Shown here one piece after another: positions 1 to 9,890 of a stretch of 64,000 nt of DNA. The stretch covers positions 13,457 to 77,456 of the IMG/VR virus record IMGVR_UViG_3300032229_000588; one strand, given 5' to 3'. Each line of letters begins with the position of its first letter. Position 1 is the first letter of the stretch. Made by a program: the position numbers and the translations under genes. The notes beneath the pieces are model-generated. The model saw nothing but the letters and a program-made list of their open reading frames with translations. It ran no database searches and had not been told where the DNA came from. The DNA is from a virus.

Positions 1-2058
1 CACAATATCCCAACTTAAACTACCACTTCTACTTGTATTTTTATAAGTATAAATTGGTTCAGGTCTTCCAATAAAGTCATTACCTTGCCAACTTGCCTGA
101 ACGGACTCATTGAATGTTAGATTATATGGTGGGAACCACATAACTCGACCTCCATTAGGTCCTCTCTCACACACCGCCAAATCTGAAACCGAATAACCTG
201 GAGTATTTGATGTTGCCCATGCCAAGTTTTCTAATGAGAACATATACTTTTTAGCATAAGCGTTATTCATTGTTCCAATTATATTTGTTGAGTCTTGCCC
301 CCCTTCTTGTTTGTTTGGAGCAATGTTAAGGTTGTATGTCTTATCTAAAACAGACCAAGCAAATCTTCTACCTTCGGTTGTAATACCGTCAGTTTTTTGA
401 AGGTCGTTGTATTGTAAGTAAGGAATGTCTTTGGCAAATACACGACAATATTCAGTTCCGACTTCTTGTCCAATAGCCCCAACATAACTTAACACTCTTG
501 AACCTTTAGTCATTTCTTTGTATCCATCGTTGAATACCTTACTGACTTGGTCAATTGCATTACCCGCATGTTTTAAACGATTACCACCTTGTGGTTGACT
601 ATCAATAATTCTTTGGGTGTCGTCAAGGATTGAACCTTCTCTGAATGTTCTTTGAGTAGACTCAGTCGAGTTGTATGATGATGGTTTAAAGTCCTCATCT
701 TCGTTTGTAATCTCTCCACCAATACCAACTTTCTTACCCGCATTACCTTTATACTTTGGAGATACCCATGTGAATCCACCTTCAATACCCCCACCATTAC
801 TGTAAGTCGGTCCGTTAGCACCAAGTCTAATCTCTTTACTTGGTCCCTCATATAATTGAGCCAGTACTTCAGGTCCATAAACAGGTGATTGTTGTTCAAA
901 TCCAAAGGCATTGTTTGGAAGTGCCCCTGATGGAGAAAAGATTCTTGATGGGTCTGATGTTGTTGAACCAATATAATAGTTGGCATTGTTTGTGTTGGTA
1001 CCAACAAGAGCACCACCCAATCTATCAATTAAAGTTCTATCGTAACTTGGTTTATATTTGTTAAAGTTAATGTTCTTAAACAATAACGATTTTTGACCTT
1101 GTCCTGTATTTTCGTAAAATATTTGAGAACCAGTCTTACCAGCACCTAAAAGATTACTAATTAAATTACCTACCGCAGCAATAGGATTACCAAGAAGTGC
1201 TTGACCAATCGTTGAAGGCTGTGGTGGGTTAACATTTGGGTCCCAATATGAACCAGGTATAGTTGAGAACGGTACTTGACTTCCCGCAAGACTCAATCCA
1301 AATTGTGCAGCAGCACCAATTGGGTTAGAAGGTACCGTAATATTATAATTTGGTTCAATTAAAGGTACATTACCTGTTAAAATATTAACAAGATTACTAC
1401 TACTATTAACATTTAATATGTTGGCTTTACCTAAAGTTTCTCTAATGATTGCTCGTCCAATTCGGTCTTCAAATTCTTTCTTTAAAGTTTTGGCACCTAA
1501 ACGAGCAATAAACGAGTCAGCACTCAATAAACCATTACTACCTTGAGGGTCAGGGTTTAATAATATTGATATTGGTCTATAGGATGATGGATTAAATCTT
1601 GGGTATGGTTGTCCGTTTGCAGGTCTATCTTGGTCAGGAGTAACAACTTCTAAAGACACAACCGCTTCACCCGCATCAAAATTATTTGGACTTGAGTAAG
1701 CGTTTAATGGTCTCCATAATTGAGTTGCTGCAAATCCTGTATCAACAATGTGTGCGTCTTGTTGTCCAGGTCCGTATTCACCTTGGTTAGACGTTGTGTT
1801 TAAATTACCCGTTAAGTCAGGAGCAAACTCATATCCCCCCTCATTACCCCACCTGTTAAGTGGATATTGTTTGTCGGCAAAAAATGTTGTATCAATTAAG
1901 AAATCGGGTGAATCAACAGGTGTTAAATCTTGTTGAATTACTTCATAAGTAATTGGTGGCGTAGCAGGACTTGGCGATTTAGCATAAGGTACTAAATTAC
2001 GAGTCATCAGTTTTTTTCTGAATCCTTCGGTGCTAATATAATCTAACGGACTACCCAT
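1..2058 (-). CDS. Tail tube initiator/baseplate protein (gp48/CIS-tube-like domain); runs off the window edge; missing from the ORF track
   Basis: Hand translation from ATG 2058 (MGSPLDYISTEGFRKK...) is open to position 1. It contains WFPPYNLTFNESVQASWQGNDFIGRPEPIYTYKNTSRSGSLSW, typical of tube-initiator domains, and follows the tape measure gene. Confidence 0.75.
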   Translation of the reverse strand, partial: MGSPLDYISTEGFRKKLMTRNLVPYAKSPSPATPPITYEVIQQDLTPVDSPDFLIDTTFFADKQYPLNRWGNEGGYEFAPDLTGNLNTTSNQGEYGPGQQDAHIVDTGFAATQLWRPLNAYSSPNNFDAGEAVVSLEVVTPDQDRPANGQPYPRFNPSSYRPISILLNPDPQGSNGLLSADSFIARLGAKTLKKEFEDRIGRAIIRETLGKANILNVNSSSNLVNILTGNVPLIEPNYNITVPSNPIGAAAQFGLSLAGSQVPFSTIPGSYWDPNVNPPQPSTIGQALLGNPIAAVGNLISNLLGAGKTGSQIFYENTGQGQKSLLFKNINFNKYKPSYDRTLIDRLGGALVGTNTNNANYYIGSTTSDPSRIFSPSGALPNNAFGFEQQSPVYGPEVLAQLYEGPSKEIRLGANGPTYSNGGGIEGGFTWVSPKYKGNAGKKVGIGGEITNEDEDFKPSSYNSTESTQRTFREGSILDDTQRIIDSQPQGGNRLKHAGNAIDQVSKVFNDGYKEMTKGSRVLSYVGAIGQEVGTEYCRVFAKDIPYLQYNDLQKTDGITTEGRRFAWSVLDKTYNLNIAPNKQEGGQDSTNIIGTMNNAYAKKYMFSLENLAWATSNTPGYSVSDLAVCERGPNGGRVMWFPPYNLTFNESVQASWQGNDFIGRPEPIYTYKNTSRSGSLSWDIV

Positions 2059-2099
2059 TTATATCTTTACTAATAAATAGGTTGATTGAGTTTTTTTTA

Positions 2100-3941
2100 T
2101 CATTGGTAACTAATAACACCTGAACCTTTTGTATCTTTTCCAAGAGTGGCAACATATTGTTTAAATCCTTCACTATTGAATATTTGAGTTAATTGTTGTT
2201 GTGTTAATCCATTGGCACCAACAGGACCATCTATAGTTATTTTAATACTACCCGTTACGTTATTTGTAACATTAGTTGTTTTTGGTTGAGTGGTTTCAAT
2301 TTGTTTTGACGCCATTTTAGATTGTATTGTTTCACCTAAAATTTGAGCATCACTAATTGGTTTTACATTTGCTCTTTCTTTTACCGCCTCAGCAGCTGCT
2401 GTTGGTCTACCCACAGCATTTAAAACTTCATTAGCATATGTCCTAAATTCTTTTTCAATACCACTTGAACCTTTAACATTTTTACTTGTTATTTCTAAAA
2501 CATCTTTAAGTGCTTCCATACCTTTATCACCAAGAGTTCCAGCCTGTTTAAGAATACCATCTTCCAAAGCCTTAATCTTTTTGGCAAAATCATCTTGGGA
2601 CAATTTACCAGCATCTTTTTCAACAAACAACGCCCTCATCTTATCAATTGCACCTGTAACACTTTTAGTAATCTCAGCACTTTCAGGAACTGTTTTATCA
2701 ACAGCCTTTGCTAATGCCCCCATAATTCTGTCCGCACCCATAAGGTTTTCACGAATTACTGGTGTAGCTGCAACACCAAAAGTACCTTTAGCAAGGTTAG
2801 CCCTAAGGGACGCATCTATATTTTCTAAAACCCCTAATTGACTTATCGAAATATCTTCAAGTGTTTTAGGTCTGTTTTCTTGAATCTCTTTTAATTTATT
2901 AAATTCGTCTTGAGTTAAATCACTTAATTTCTTTTGTTCAATAATACCTGTTTGGTCATTTTTAAGTTGGACAACATATTGACCGTCTTTCATTGTCGCC
3001 ATATTTGCCAACAATTGTTTGTCCTCTTCTTTTTCAAATTGTATTTCAGGACTAATCGCAGATATTCTTTTGTCCAAATCTGCCGCAGCTAAAGCCGCCT
3101 TACTTAAAGAACCAGCCGACATTCCCGCTTCTTGTTCAATTTCCTTTAACATTAAAACACCTTGTGGGTTTATTTTAAATGTTTTCGTTTTTTCGTCAAA
3201 CTCTGTAAATTGTTTTGCGGCTTTAATAATACTATCTTGTAATCCTGAAGGGTCAGTCAATGATTGATTCATTAATGCAAATGGGTCAGTTAAGTTCCCA
3301 ATAGACACTCCTAATCTTTGTAAACCTGCCGCGGTTTCAATTGCACCTTCAGGCGTTAAAACTTTTTCAGCGAAATTAAACGTCTCTTGCATATCAAACC
3401 TCAACATTGAAGCTTGAGCCGCCATTTTTGCCATACCTTGAACCCCACCTTCAAATTGGTATCGGTTCATTTTGGACATGTTTTCATTAACATCTCCCAT
3501 TACATCCTTAGCATTTAATCCAACACTTTGAATGTATTCAATTGAACTTTCAAGGTTTGTACCTATTTGAGATGCTTCAATACCGACTTCCGCAAAATTA
3601 TTAACTAAGTCCTTTGATGTTCCACCTAATAATGTCGTAGCCGCATATAACTTTGAAACTTGTTCTTCAGTGGCAATTACATTTCGTTTTGAACCTTCAG
3701 CAATTTCTGCCATTGTTCTAGATGCCGCAGCAGCATCCCCACCTAAACGAATGACACCCGCAGCAGACCTTGCAACCGCGTCCGCCATTTCATCCATTCG
3801 GGTTCTTCCTTGGAGAAACGCTTTGTTCAGCTCTTCAGCTTGTTCAAACATGTCTCCCATTGACTCAAGAATTCTGTCAATTGGTTTACCAATACCCTCA
3901 ATCGATTTTTTTAGATTTTCAAAATCTTCTTGTGATGCCAT
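2100..3941 (-). CDS. Tape measure protein
   Basis: 613 aa, helical and A/K/E-rich; lies downstream of the tube and chaperone genes. Confidence 0.7.
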   Translation of the reverse strand: MASQEDFENLKKSIEGIGKPIDRILESMGDMFEQAEELNKAFLQGRTRMDEMADAVARSAAGVIRLGGDAAAASRTMAEIAEGSKRNVIATEEQVSKLYAATTLLGGTSKDLVNNFAEVGIEASQIGTNLESSIEYIQSVGLNAKDVMGDVNENMSKMNRYQFEGGVQGMAKMAAQASMLRFDMQETFNFAEKVLTPEGAIETAAGLQRLGVSIGNLTDPFALMNQSLTDPSGLQDSIIKAAKQFTEFDEKTKTFKINPQGVLMLKEIEQEAGMSAGSLSKAALAAADLDKRISAISPEIQFEKEEDKQLLANMATMKDGQYVVQLKNDQTGIIEQKKLSDLTQDEFNKLKEIQENRPKTLEDISISQLGVLENIDASLRANLAKGTFGVAATPVIRENLMGADRIMGALAKAVDKTVPESAEITKSVTGAIDKMRALFVEKDAGKLSQDDFAKKIKALEDGILKQAGTLGDKGMEALKDVLEITSKNVKGSSGIEKEFRTYANEVLNAVGRPTAAAEAVKERANVKPISDAQILGETIQSKMASKQIETTQPKTTNVTNNVTGSIKITIDGPVGANGLTQQQLTQIFNSEGFKQYVATLGKDTKGSGVISYQ

Positions 3942-3970
3942 TTAGTTTTTTTGGTTTCTATATAAATAGA

Positions 3971-3997
3971 AGAAGGACTAATTTTTTTAGTCCTTCT
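3971..3997 (-). terminator. Hairpin overlapping the stop of the gp51-like ORF
   Basis: Perfect 10-bp inverted repeat agaaggacta/tagtccttct; weak U-tract. Confidence 0.45.
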
Positions 3998-4166
3998 GAT
4001 TATCTTCTATCCATTTATTAAGTAGATATTTTCTAACAAATATTGGCATCCTCTCAAAATCTTGATAAGAAACCTTCATTAACGTAGTTAAATAATAAAA
4101 TTCGTCGATTTGACTTTTCCTATACTCAGAAGAAAGGGCGAAAAAAGTCGACCCCAAAACCAACAT
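3987..4166 (-). CDS. Small gp51-like tail/baseplate assembly chaperone segment, possibly made by frameshift from the upstream gene
   Basis: Frame +1 relative to the gp26-like gene: (MLVLGST)FFALSSEYRKSQIDEFYYLTTLMKVSYQDFERMPIFVRKYLLNKWIEDNQKD*. The SYxDFxxMPxxxR pattern resembles gp51/GT-type chaperone C-termini. Confidence 0.65.
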   Translation of the reverse strand: MLVLGSTFFALSSEYRKSQIDEFYYLTTLMKVSYQDFERMPIFVRKYLLNKWIEDNQKD

Positions 4167-4869
4167 TTACTGTTAGTCTTTCTCCTGACGGGGTCATAAT
4201 TGTTTTGTTCATGTCTAATCTTGGTTCATTTTCATTCATAAAGTTTCTAATGAACTTTGAATCAGCAATTGGCATTGACTCAATAAACTTAGCAATTTGT
4301 GCCTTATCTCTTGAACCGTCAACCTCTAATATTTCTTTTTCCATTCTCCAAGTAACTCTCGGAACAACTCGACCTTGTGGGTATGTTGAAGCCATACGAT
4401 TAATATCTTGAATCTCACCGTATGATAATGGTTTAATTTTAATTGTTGATTGTGATTTTGGTAGCATTATAGTAAATGTTCCGTCCTCATTTGGTTTTTG
4501 ATTACTAATAATAGACAATTCATCTAACATTACTGTGGTTTGGAATTGTTTCTTAGTGGTGGGGTCTGTAACATTTAATGTCATTTCAGGACCAAACGCA
4601 GTATTTCTTAAAAAGATAAGAATCGCCTCAACGTCACCTTCAATTAAGTCTTCAACTTTAATATCTGGTTCGTATATTTTAGCTCTTAACAAACTCATTG
4701 TTAAGTCATTAGCACCACCCATCAAAATGTTTTCATCTGATGCGGTAAGGTAACCAACTTTAATTGCCTTCTTCTTATTTTTGTAAAACACACCTTGTGA
4801 AGGTAGTTGAACCACGTCATGTGGTAGTGTGAAATTGTCTTGACCGTAGTCTCTTGCTTGATTGTCCAT
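4126..4869 (-). CDS. T4 gp26-like baseplate hub assembly / tail assembly chaperone
   Basis: V.LPS.G..Y, YLTA.DENIL, DLIEGD..AIL.FLR...FG and C-terminal FFRP motifs; located between tube and tape measure genes. Confidence 0.75.
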   Translation of the reverse strand: MDNQARDYGQDNFTLPHDVVQLPSQGVFYKNKKKAIKVGYLTASDENILMGGANDLTMSLLRAKIYEPDIKVEDLIEGDVEAILIFLRNTAFGPEMTLNVTDPTTKKQFQTTVMLDELSIISNQKPNEDGTFTIMLPKSQSTIKIKPLSYGEIQDINRMASTYPQGRVVPRVTWRMEKEILEVDGSRDKAQIAKFIESMPIADSKFIRNFMNENEPRLDMNKTIMTPSGERLTVNVGFGVDFFRPFF

Positions 4870-4870
4870 A

Positions 4871-4908
4871 TAAAAAAATAACCGTAAAGTTTATTAGCTT
4901 TACGGTTA
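4871..4908 (-). terminator. Intrinsic terminator after the tail tube gene
   Basis: Stem taaccgtaaag (4879-4889)/ctttacggtta (4898-4908), followed on the - strand by a T7 tract just before the next ATG. Confidence 0.65.
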
Positions 4909-4941
4909 AATATAAATGAATATGATTTTATGTAAATAGTA

Positions 4942-5430
4942 TTAGTATACTAACACACATCTGTCCATTCTTAAAGAAGCTGTGATATCCGCTAACGCAT
5001 CCTGACTGTAAGATAACGCTCCGAAGTTTACATCAGTTAAGAATGTTCCATAAAGAATCCATTTCTCAACAACAACTCCTGTAGGGTCCAACATTTCAAG
5101 GTCAATGTCTTTTTTGTAACCCGCAGCATAACCCATACGACCTGTCACTGATTCAGCGTGTAAACGAACCCACTCCATAAGTGCTTGAGCCGCAGAAGGT
5201 CCAATAGGGTCACGGAACTTAACACTAATTGGGTCCCAGTTAAATCTACCTGCAACGAATGTAGATGTGTTTAAGAATTGAATTTCAGTTGCTCCAATCT
5301 TGATAGATGGTCTTGAAGCACTTTCAACAAACCATTCGTTAATACCTAAACTTGATGGAAACCTTAAGATGAAACGGTTCTGGCGTTTCGGTTCGTAAGG
5401 TATCGGCATTTTCATTAATAAATCAGCCAT
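4942..5430 (-). CDS. Tail tube protein (T4 gp19 family)
   Basis: EPKRQNRF, WDPI...RDPIGPSAAQALMEW, GY...YKKD, VVEKWILYGTF; 162 aa, downstream of the sheath gene. Confidence 0.9.
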   Translation of the reverse strand: MADLLMKMPIPYEPKRQNRFILRFPSSLGINEWFVESASRPSIKIGATEIQFLNTSTFVAGRFNWDPISVKFRDPIGPSAAQALMEWVRLHAESVTGRMGYAAGYKKDIDLEMLDPTGVVVEKWILYGTFLTDVNFGALSYSQDALADITASLRMDRCVLVY

Positions 5431-5528
5431 GTTATTTTAATTTTTGTTTTTTTTTGTTGTTTATATCCTATAAATATAGTCTTGTTAAAAATTTTTTCTC
5501 TTTACTTTTAATTTGTCGGGATTATAAT

Positions 5529-6359
5529 CTACTTATATTCCTTCTTAACGCCTCCAGCAGTAGAATAAGTTTTAACTATATTATCTGGTTTATCTTTAAA
5601 ATGTTTACTCATTACTTCTACATTTCTAACATCATCATCTGAGAATCCAATACTAGGTTGCTCTGGAACAAAGTTATTAGATACATCATTTTTAAAAAAT
5701 GCTCTTTTATTTAAGTCATTTGCCATTTGTTTAATATAAGAAACAAATCCTTCCATAGCACGAACTTTTGCTTCTTCGGGGTTGGCGGCACCTTCTTCAT
5801 CGTCAAAAGACACTGGATGATATTTGTTAAGGTCTAAATACGACTTGATTAATTCATCGTCCGTCATATCGTCCTCGTCATAAAACGACCTGTATTTTTT
5901 AAGGTTCTTAACGAGTTGGTCTTTATCTATACCATTAAATCCGTCAATAATATAATTGTAAACGGCTTGTTTTAAAGTGTTGGGGTTATGACCTCTTGCC
6001 GTGATGATGGAAAATATTGAACCATTATTAATTGCTTCTCTAAAATCATTAAACGCTGGTCCAAGTTTTGCTCTCATCGCATCGACCAAGAAATCTTTAT
6101 CACCTTCAGTTCTAAAATTTTTAAAAGGGTCTTCACCGAATCCAACAATAGTATCTCCGTTATATTCAAAATCTTCTTTTCCGATTATACTTCTGTATTC
6201 GGCAAAATCATCAGTACTCATACCAACTTCGTCACCATCTTCAGTTTTTAATATTATCTTTGTTGGCATATGGACAATATTATCATCCCAATCAAAAGCA
6301 TAATATTTCATATCTGGTGTTCCCTCACCTTTAAATCCCTCTCTAAGTTGTCTTTTCAT
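5529..6359 (-). CDS. HAD-superfamily phosphatase-like protein
   Basis: Motif I FDWDDN, motif II ITARG, motif IV GFSDDD. ATG 6359 (MKRQLRE) preferred over the track start. Confidence 0.7.
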   Translation of the reverse strand: MKRQLREGFKGEGTPDMKYYAFDWDDNIVHMPTKIILKTEDGDEVGMSTDDFAEYRSIIGKEDFEYNGDTIVGFGEDPFKNFRTEGDKDFLVDAMRAKLGPAFNDFREAINNGSIFSIITARGHNPNTLKQAVYNYIIDGFNGIDKDQLVKNLKKYRSFYDEDDMTDDELIKSYLDLNKYHPVSFDDEEGAANPEEAKVRAMEGFVSYIKQMANDLNKRAFFKNDVSNNFVPEQPSIGFSDDDVRNVEVMSKHFKDKPDNIVKTYSTAGGVKKEYK

Positions 6360-6370
6360 ATTTGGCAAAT

Positions 6371-6395
6371 AAAGGGGGTATGATTAGTACCCCCG
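6371..6395 (-). terminator. Terminator after the tail sheath gene
   Basis: Stem ggggta/tacccc followed by tttattt on the - strand. Confidence 0.6.
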
Positions 6396-6404
6396 TTAAG
6401 TTTA

Positions 6405-9400
6405 TTAAATATTCTCAAACGAAGCTCCTGTTGGAGTGATGAAGAATTCGATATCGATGAATTCTAACGCCTTCGTAGGTTTTAAGTAGATTTTACCTGT
6501 TAATGTATTTCTATCTAAGTCTTCAGGTGAAGATGATACAGTTACACGGAAATCGTATAAACCTCTGTCTCTTCTGATTGAATCTAAGATAGGGTTAACA
6601 CTATCCAAGAATTGTTGTCTAACAATTTGGTCGTTTTGTTCGAACAATAATCTTACAGCTACTGCGGAAATCAACTTACGAGCCTGAAGTAATAATCTTC
6701 TTACGTTCAATCTGTTAAGTGCTGTGTCAGCAACTTGTAATGTTTTATTACCCCAAATTACAGTTCCAACATCAGAGAAAGTTGCGATAGGGTTAATTCT
6801 ACCTTGATACAATGTATCTCTATCTGTTTGTGTAAGTTTTTGTCTAGCTTTGATTGAATTAACAAGACCTCTTGTGTAACCCGCTGATGCGAACCATGGG
6901 AATGAAATGTTATCGGTCAATGCCAAGTTTCTACAAACTTCACCTGTTGGTGGTAAATAGATTTGTGTGTTATTAACAGTATCACGAACTAAAATCCAAG
7001 GATAGTAAGTCGCTGTGTAGTTAGAGTCAATTCCTGTATTATCCAAGTTGTCAACCGCTTCCTGTGAGTAGATAACATCTAAAGAGTTAGTTGAGTCTGG
7101 TGTATACATTCTATAGTCAGGTGTTGTTGCAATATAAACAGAATCAGCTCTTGAGTATTGAACCATATCAATTGCTTCCTCAACTAGGTTTGAGTTGTTT
7201 ACATAGTCAATACTCGCAGTTGCAAATACATTTATATTTGTAGCTTCAGGGTTTGCAAATGTTAAGATACCAAGTAAGTATGCGTAGTAGTCAGTGTTTG
7301 CAAAATCCTGAGTATTGTTTTGAACAACAATTCTCTTAAACATACCGTCACCTGTTGCAGTTGGGTATCTTGATGAAGGATATGCTCCAGCCAAATAACC
7401 TGATGCCCCTAATTGGAATCTATCTTCGTTAGTTCTCCACTCTCTGTAGATATCCCAACCATCAAATCCACCTGCAAAACATACTGTATATTTTCTTGAG
7501 TAGATGAAGTAGTATGGGTTTTCTTGAGTTTCAGGGTCATTTCTAAAATCCGCAGTACCACATTCAAATGCTGTTTGTCCACTTGACATTGAAGTATTTG
7601 AAATAGTTACAACAGTCGCTCCTGAGTCCATGTGGAAACCTTTACTTAATACATTCCATTTAATTGAATCTGTTGCAGTTTCCCAACCTGTTTGTGGGTT
7701 TTGTTTTCCTTTATAAGTTAAGAATGATTCATCAATACCATATTGAGTTGAGAAACCTAAATACGCTCTTCTTACAATATCACCTGGAGACTCAATAGAA
7801 TTTGAACCTCCTGTTGCAGTACCAAATGGTGGATTAGCAATAACTTCACCAGGGTAGTCATATTTTGTTTTGTATTTAGGGTAAGGTGATGGATATACCG
7901 CAACATCTTCATATTCTCTTTGTGTATATCCGTAGAATCCACAAGGAATTGCGTCGATTGGTGCCTCATCCGCCATCTCAACCATTATATACTTTGAAAT
8001 TAATGCGAATTCACCGTTAGATGAACCTATCTTTTTAGCGATGAAATTATTTGATGCTGGGTCCAAATTACAATTTGTGAATTTTTCAATTACAACAGGA
8101 TTAGCATCAGTATCAAAGAAATTTCTAACCAATACATCAAACGACATATTGTTAAATGATAAGTTTGCGATTGAAACTTTAATTTCAGTGTTTGCAGAAT
8201 CACCGTCAGAAATTGAAATAAATTTAAATAAGTTATAAACTTTATTACCTCTTAATTCAGAAACTAAGAATGGTGTTTCAGGTGATTGATATTTTTCTAA
8301 ATTCCATGCGATTGATTGACTTGACTGACTTCTTGCATCAGGTAGTGCAATTAATTGAGAATTTAAACCTCTGATGTAACCTTGATTATAAGCATAATTT
8401 AAACTTCCTTGGTAAACCTCCTCAACAAAAATCGGAACTTCAAATCTTGATTTTCCGAAATTATCAACACCTAAAACTTTAGTTAAGTATTTTGACGATG
8501 ATGCCAACAATGAAGTCTCAAATGAGAATGTGTCATTATCTCTAGTAATACCTGATAGTAAGAAAGTTGCGAATGGTGAATCTGTAATACCTGAGTATTG
8601 ACCAGTACTTATAAGTTGTAAATCTGTAAGACCACTTACTTGATAAACAGGTCCGTGATTTTCACTTGTTGAACTATTACTATATAATGAAATACCTCTT
8701 GAACGAAGTGTTCCAACAACCATGTTATTAAACTCAGTATAAGCAGTACCTGTGAAAGTATAAGATTCACCTGTAATTACACCTGTAAATACACCTGTTC
8801 CACCTGTACTTAAACTACTTACAGAATAATAGAAAGAATAACCTGTATATGCATTTCCACTTGAGATGTCAAAGTTTGCGTAAAACCATGGGTCATTTGA
8901 TGAAGATGATAAATCATTATCATTAAATGTGTTAACACAATTGTATGGGTCAGTAACCGCATTGTATGTTGCAACTAAAGTATCGTAATCTGCGTTTGGT
9001 ATTGCACCGTAAACAACTGAAGTAGTTGCCGATAATGATGGTGTATCTAATATATTACCTAAAGTCGTATTGAAATCAGATTGTAGTGTAGATGTAGAAC
9101 CATCACTTAATCTATATTGTGTATTCAAATTTACTTGCACTTGTGCAGGTAATTGACTAATATTAGTGAATGAGATAGTACTACCTGAAGAATATCCTGT
9201 AAATGTGGCACTAAAGGTAGTTGCGTTTGATGGGTTACCAATAGTCGTTGGGTCAACGTTGGCGATTAAGGATAAACTCCAAGATGGACCCGCATCATAA
9301 CCCGACAAACCTAATACTCTCGTAACAAACAATTGGTTTGATTGTTGCAAGTATGATTTAGCAATGTATGCTGCCTCATATTTTGGGATTTGGGTGTTAT

Positions 9401-9608
9401 AAAATTTAACGGGTTCGGTTCCGCCAAAGTAGGCTTGGAACTCGTCGTAGTTAGTTATGAATACTGGTTCGAACGCTGGACCTTTTAAAGTCTCACCAAC
9501 AATACCTAATGTAGTTACCCCAACGCTCTGAGCTACAAATGATAAGTCGGTTTCAGATGTGTATACGCCTGGTGATACGAATACTTTTTGATTTACTTGT
9601 GTTGCCAT
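6405..9608 (-). CDS. Tail sheath protein (gp18-like)
   Basis: N-terminal VSPGVYTSETDLS...GETLKGPAFEP; C-terminal PWFASAGYTRG, LY..RINPI..F...G.VIWGNKTL, RLNVRRLL, LEFIDIEF. Confidence 0.95.
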   Translation of the reverse strand: MATQVNQKVFVSPGVYTSETDLSFVAQSVGVTTLGIVGETLKGPAFEPVFITNYDEFQAYFGGTEPVKFYNTQIPKYEAAYIAKSYLQQSNQLFVTRVLGLSGYDAGPSWSLSLIANVDPTTIGNPSNATTFSATFTGYSSGSTISFTNISQLPAQVQVNLNTQYRLSDGSTSTLQSDFNTTLGNILDTPSLSATTSVVYGAIPNADYDTLVATYNAVTDPYNCVNTFNDNDLSSSSNDPWFYANFDISSGNAYTGYSFYYSVSSLSTGGTGVFTGVITGESYTFTGTAYTEFNNMVVGTLRSRGISLYSNSSTSENHGPVYQVSGLTDLQLISTGQYSGITDSPFATFLLSGITRDNDTFSFETSLLASSSKYLTKVLGVDNFGKSRFEVPIFVEEVYQGSLNYAYNQGYIRGLNSQLIALPDARSQSSQSIAWNLEKYQSPETPFLVSELRGNKVYNLFKFISISDGDSANTEIKVSIANLSFNNMSFDVLVRNFFDTDANPVVIEKFTNCNLDPASNNFIAKKIGSSNGEFALISKYIMVEMADEAPIDAIPCGFYGYTQREYEDVAVYPSPYPKYKTKYDYPGEVIANPPFGTATGGSNSIESPGDIVRRAYLGFSTQYGIDESFLTYKGKQNPQTGWETATDSIKWNVLSKGFHMDSGATVVTISNTSMSSGQTAFECGTADFRNDPETQENPYYFIYSRKYTVCFAGGFDGWDIYREWRTNEDRFQLGASGYLAGAYPSSRYPTATGDGMFKRIVVQNNTQDFANTDYYAYLLGILTFANPEATNINVFATASIDYVNNSNLVEEAIDMVQYSRADSVYIATTPDYRMYTPDSTNSLDVIYSQEAVDNLDNTGIDSNYTATYYPWILVRDTVNNTQIYLPPTGEVCRNLALTDNISFPWFASAGYTRGLVNSIKARQKLTQTDRDTLYQGRINPIATFSDVGTVIWGNKTLQVADTALNRLNVRRLLLQARKLISAVAVRLLFEQNDQIVRQQFLDSVNPILDSIRRDRGLYDFRVTVSSSPEDLDRNTLTGKIYLKPTKALEFIDIEFFITPTGASFENI

Positions 9609-9709
9609 TATTAAATTATTCTGTTACAGATTTATTTTATTGATAAATATTAGAGATTTTACGAAAAAACTTTACTTTTGGATAAGTATTTATAAACGGT
9701 ATGAATTAA

Positions 9710-9728
9710 TTCTACCTTTTTTCTACCT
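9710..9728 (+). promoter_or_regulatory. Direct repeat TTCTACCT x2, candidate RHH operator
   Basis: ttctacct at 9710-9717 and 9721-9728 (11-bp period), directly before ATG 9729. Confidence 0.4.
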
Positions 9729-9890
9729 ATGAAAATCAAGAAAGAAATAAAGAACATTAAAATATCCCCTGAATCACATGATATCCTAAAAAAGTATTGT
9801 GATAAGCGTGGAATAAAGATTTATAAGTTTTTGGAAAATTTGATTTTTGAAAACTGTAAAGAAAAGAAAGATATCTATGGGGAAGATTAA
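9729..9890 (+). CDS. Ribbon-helix-helix (CopG/Arc-like) DNA-binding protein, 53 aa; not in the ORF track
   Basis: MKIKKEIKNIKISPESHDILKKYCDKRGIKIYKFLENLIFENC...: alternating strand KNIKI followed by helix-G-helix. TATTTATA upstream at 9687-9694. Confidence 0.7.
   Translation: MKIKKEIKNIKISPESHDILKKYCDKRGIKIYKFLENLIFENCKEKKDIYGED

Noticed and set aside
573-1936. Track ORFs 573..1028 (-), 840..1064 (+) and 1748..1936 (+)
   Set aside because: They lie in alternative frames of the real 1..2058 (-) gene, which the track missed because it runs off the edge.
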